Positions 61,702 to 64,000 of a stretch of DNA of 64,000 nucleotides are shown in pieces. The stretch covers positions 1-64,000 of the forward strand of contig MCFE01000153.1 in assembly GCA_002104905.1 (NCBI GenBank), read 5' to 3'. Within the stretch, counting starts at the first letter, position 1; each line of letters begins with the position of its first letter. Source of the stretch: Basidiobolus meristosporus CBS 931.73. Taxonomy: Eukaryota; Fungi; Basidiobolomycota. Under the pieces are notes generated by a model. That model saw nothing but the letters and a program-made list of their open reading frames with translations. It did no database searches and was not told where the DNA came from. A program made the position numbers and the translations under genes.

Positions 61702-62408
61702 CTTCTCCTCAACTAAATAACATCTTCATTATAATTCCTCTCTGAAATGTACAAATTGTGGCCCAGCTAATGGTTCTGTCAATATATCTGCCACCATTGT
61801 GGCAATTGGGCAGTAAACTAGCTCTACCAAATTATCTTCTATAGCTTCCCTAAAAAAGCGGTGTTGTATATCTATGCGCTTAGCTCTGACATGATTAGTA
61901 GGATTCCTAGCCATTGAAATACAACTTTGATTCTCCTTGTAAATGCATGTTGGCTCACTTGCGTGGCATCTCTCTCCCTCTCTTGAAACTTCTCCACTTC
62001 TTCAGCTGTTCCTGAGGGCTCAACTTCTTTTCCTGTTACCATATTGGAAAGCTCTCTTTCCTCAAGGTGGATCTGGATCTTGATTTTCCAAAGTCTGTGG
62101 TTCTTTCCATCATACCTCTCCTTTACAGGAAAGAAGTTGGTAATCTTCTGTTAGCTGGTAGAGGTGATCTTTAGAATAAGTTCAGGCAATTGGAGCTCAT
62201 AACCTGATGCAATATAAGAAGTGATTTGGATATAATGAACTTATCAAGATATAGTGGAAATAGTTGAACTGTTGTTTATTCATAAAGAGGATCAGTATTT
62301 ATACAAAGTTAGGGCCATGAGTTTGTCCTACAGTGCCCAAGACTAGCCTAGAACTGTTGAGTAAATCTTTAGCTGCTGAATGGCACCAAATAGTCAAATA
62401 TTTCAACA
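61335..62408 (-). mobile_element. Internally deleted mini-copia (LTR-PBS-gag 5' fused to RNase H 3'-PPT-LTR), ~1.07 kb
   Basis: Shortened LTR 62205-62408 and PBS GGTTATGAGCTCC. The gag start (YDGKNHRLWKIKIQIHLEERELSNMVTG) joins at ~61962 to RNase H (CIYKENQSCISMARNP...ADILTEPL). Confidence 0.82.
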
Positions 62409-64000
62409 TTTCCCATTTGAAAAATCATTCAGTTCCCACATTTTTGCCTTGATCAGTGATTACTACTCTTCCTGCATGGCTAGTTGCCACATAGATGCAA
62501 CTGGACTTTGTATTGATTGTTCTAGATTTTGAGGTTTGGCATACAAGGAAAGATATACATCTCATGGCCATTAAATGTCTGCCACTTGAATATCAGGGCT
62601 TTTCTGACTCTGGTAGTTCTTCTAACTGGGATAATCTAATCTGATCTGGAACTGATAGTGTTATCTTGTGTACCTGGCTGGATTGGGTATTTGCCTTCTT
62701 CATTAGTGGTGATTGCATTATGAAGTAGCTGTCCAATGCTCTCTGTTGCACTCTAACCAGTATTCCCTCAATTGCAATGTACCTGCTCTAGATCAGCTTC
62801 TTAATACTGCCATGATACACTTTATACCCTTTGGTATCTTCATATTAGCCAAGAACAATCCTTTTTCTACTCTTTGCATCCAACTTTGTGTGTTTTTTGT
62901 CAGGTATGTGATAGAAAACATCAATGCCACAGATCATGTGGTGATGGAGTTCTAGTGTTTTGCCTGAGTATGCTTTGAAGTGAGTTACAGCATGTAGCAC
63001 TGTTGGCAGGCACCTATTTATGATGTATACCATGGTAGCTGCAAATGCAGCCCATAACTTGTAGTCCATTCCCTTTTCATGTAGCAAAGATCATCCCATC
63101 TCTACTAGATCAACCGTAACACTACTGTTGCAACCTCCCTCAGGGACTTTTTGGGTACATTAATACTAGAAATTTAAAAACTGAGTGCCCACCTGTTGAT
63201 TAAATCAAAAACAAGATTAGATCCAGGATATAATACTTATTCCCGCCTATTTTAATACTCAAATATGTCTTCCATCACATCACCAATTGTATTTTTGTCT
63301 AATTGGGCTTTTGTAAAAGACAAATATTTAACTCTGCTGCAACTGACTTGCAGACAGAGTGCAACATTAACAGGAATACATAGATCTTGGTCATTATTCA
63401 TACATATTGTATTTTATACCTTATTGCATAAAGGTAATATTCCCCAACTGGGTATTCCTGTACACGTAACAGTTGATATTCATGTCTTTTTCTAGCCCAA
63501 ATTAGACTATCATCCAGCATGTTAGTCTAATTGTTATGACTTATGATGTCTGATTTGCTGATCCAATTGCATATTTTCATGGAAACTAAATGGATTCAAA
63601 AAATTTAAAAGTTTCAATATCCCAGTCAGAGTCAAATGTATTGAATCAATATATGTTAATTAATCCAAAACAACTAGGATGACACATTCCATTTTTACAT
63701 TTTGCTGGTCCATTTTTCTGTGGAGCATGTGGAGCATGTGGATCAGTGGTGTGTTGAAGTCTATGAGTAATTCAGCAGTACTCTGAACACTCCTTAAGGC
63801 AGCATTGCCCTCCACTGTCACTTCAAAGTACCTTTGATTTACACCCAGTTTGTGTTTCTGTCATGTTCTTGAAGTGCTCAAACATCTCTAATGACTTAAT
63901 TTTGTCTTGAGGCAATACAACAATAAATTTATTGACTTTTCATCAATGTACTTCATAGAGTATCCTTTGGCTCCAGTTCACAGTGCTCTTATGGACACAT
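62409..64000 (-). mobile_element. Degenerate copia family-2 integrase/linker fragment, running off the window
   Basis: Collinear with ~59150-60250 (e.g. WAAFAATMVYIINR, KLDAKSRKRIVLG); interrupted by unrelated AT-rich sequence at ~63120-63705. Confidence 0.8.

Noticed and set aside
1-64000. tRNA or rRNA genes
   Set aside because: No cloverleaf with A/B boxes or rRNA signature seen by eye; tRNAscan-SE/barrnap would be decisive.

Overview
Fungal genomic DNA with short GT-AG introns. The genes look like those of an early-diverging fungus, but the species cannot be determined from sequence alone. The window has two compartments. (1) About 1-31.3 kb is CpG-rich and gene-bearing. It holds two adjacent secreted orphan proteins, a patatin-type TAG lipase, a Rom1/2-type Rho GEF, the mitochondrial thiamine-pyrophosphate carrier TPC1, an ABC1/ADCK kinase, ribosomal protein eL33, an MBOAT/wax-synthase-type acyltransferase, a bacterial-type 3-hydroxybutyrate dehydrogenase, a stand-alone response-regulator receiver and a probable decayed gene. 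(2) About 31.3-64 kb is AT-rich, almost CpG-free transposon territory. It holds a near-intact 4.7-kb Ty1/copia element (TSD CCAAG, 2 differences between LTRs) and a solo LTR, both nested antisense in an older copy of the same family. It also has many solo LTRs, a decayed CACTA/En-Spm-like element, and a second copia family arranged as a shared-LTR tandem that includes a ~1.1-kb gag/RNaseH-fusion mini-element. Inside this TE zone is a ~2-kb CpG-rich island with an intact intronless FAD monooxygenase and a divergent ORF whose frame is broken by a 20-bp minisatellite. No rRNA, tRNA or CRISPR array was seen. All alignments, splice calls and counts were done by eye, and coordinates of degraded elements are approximate.
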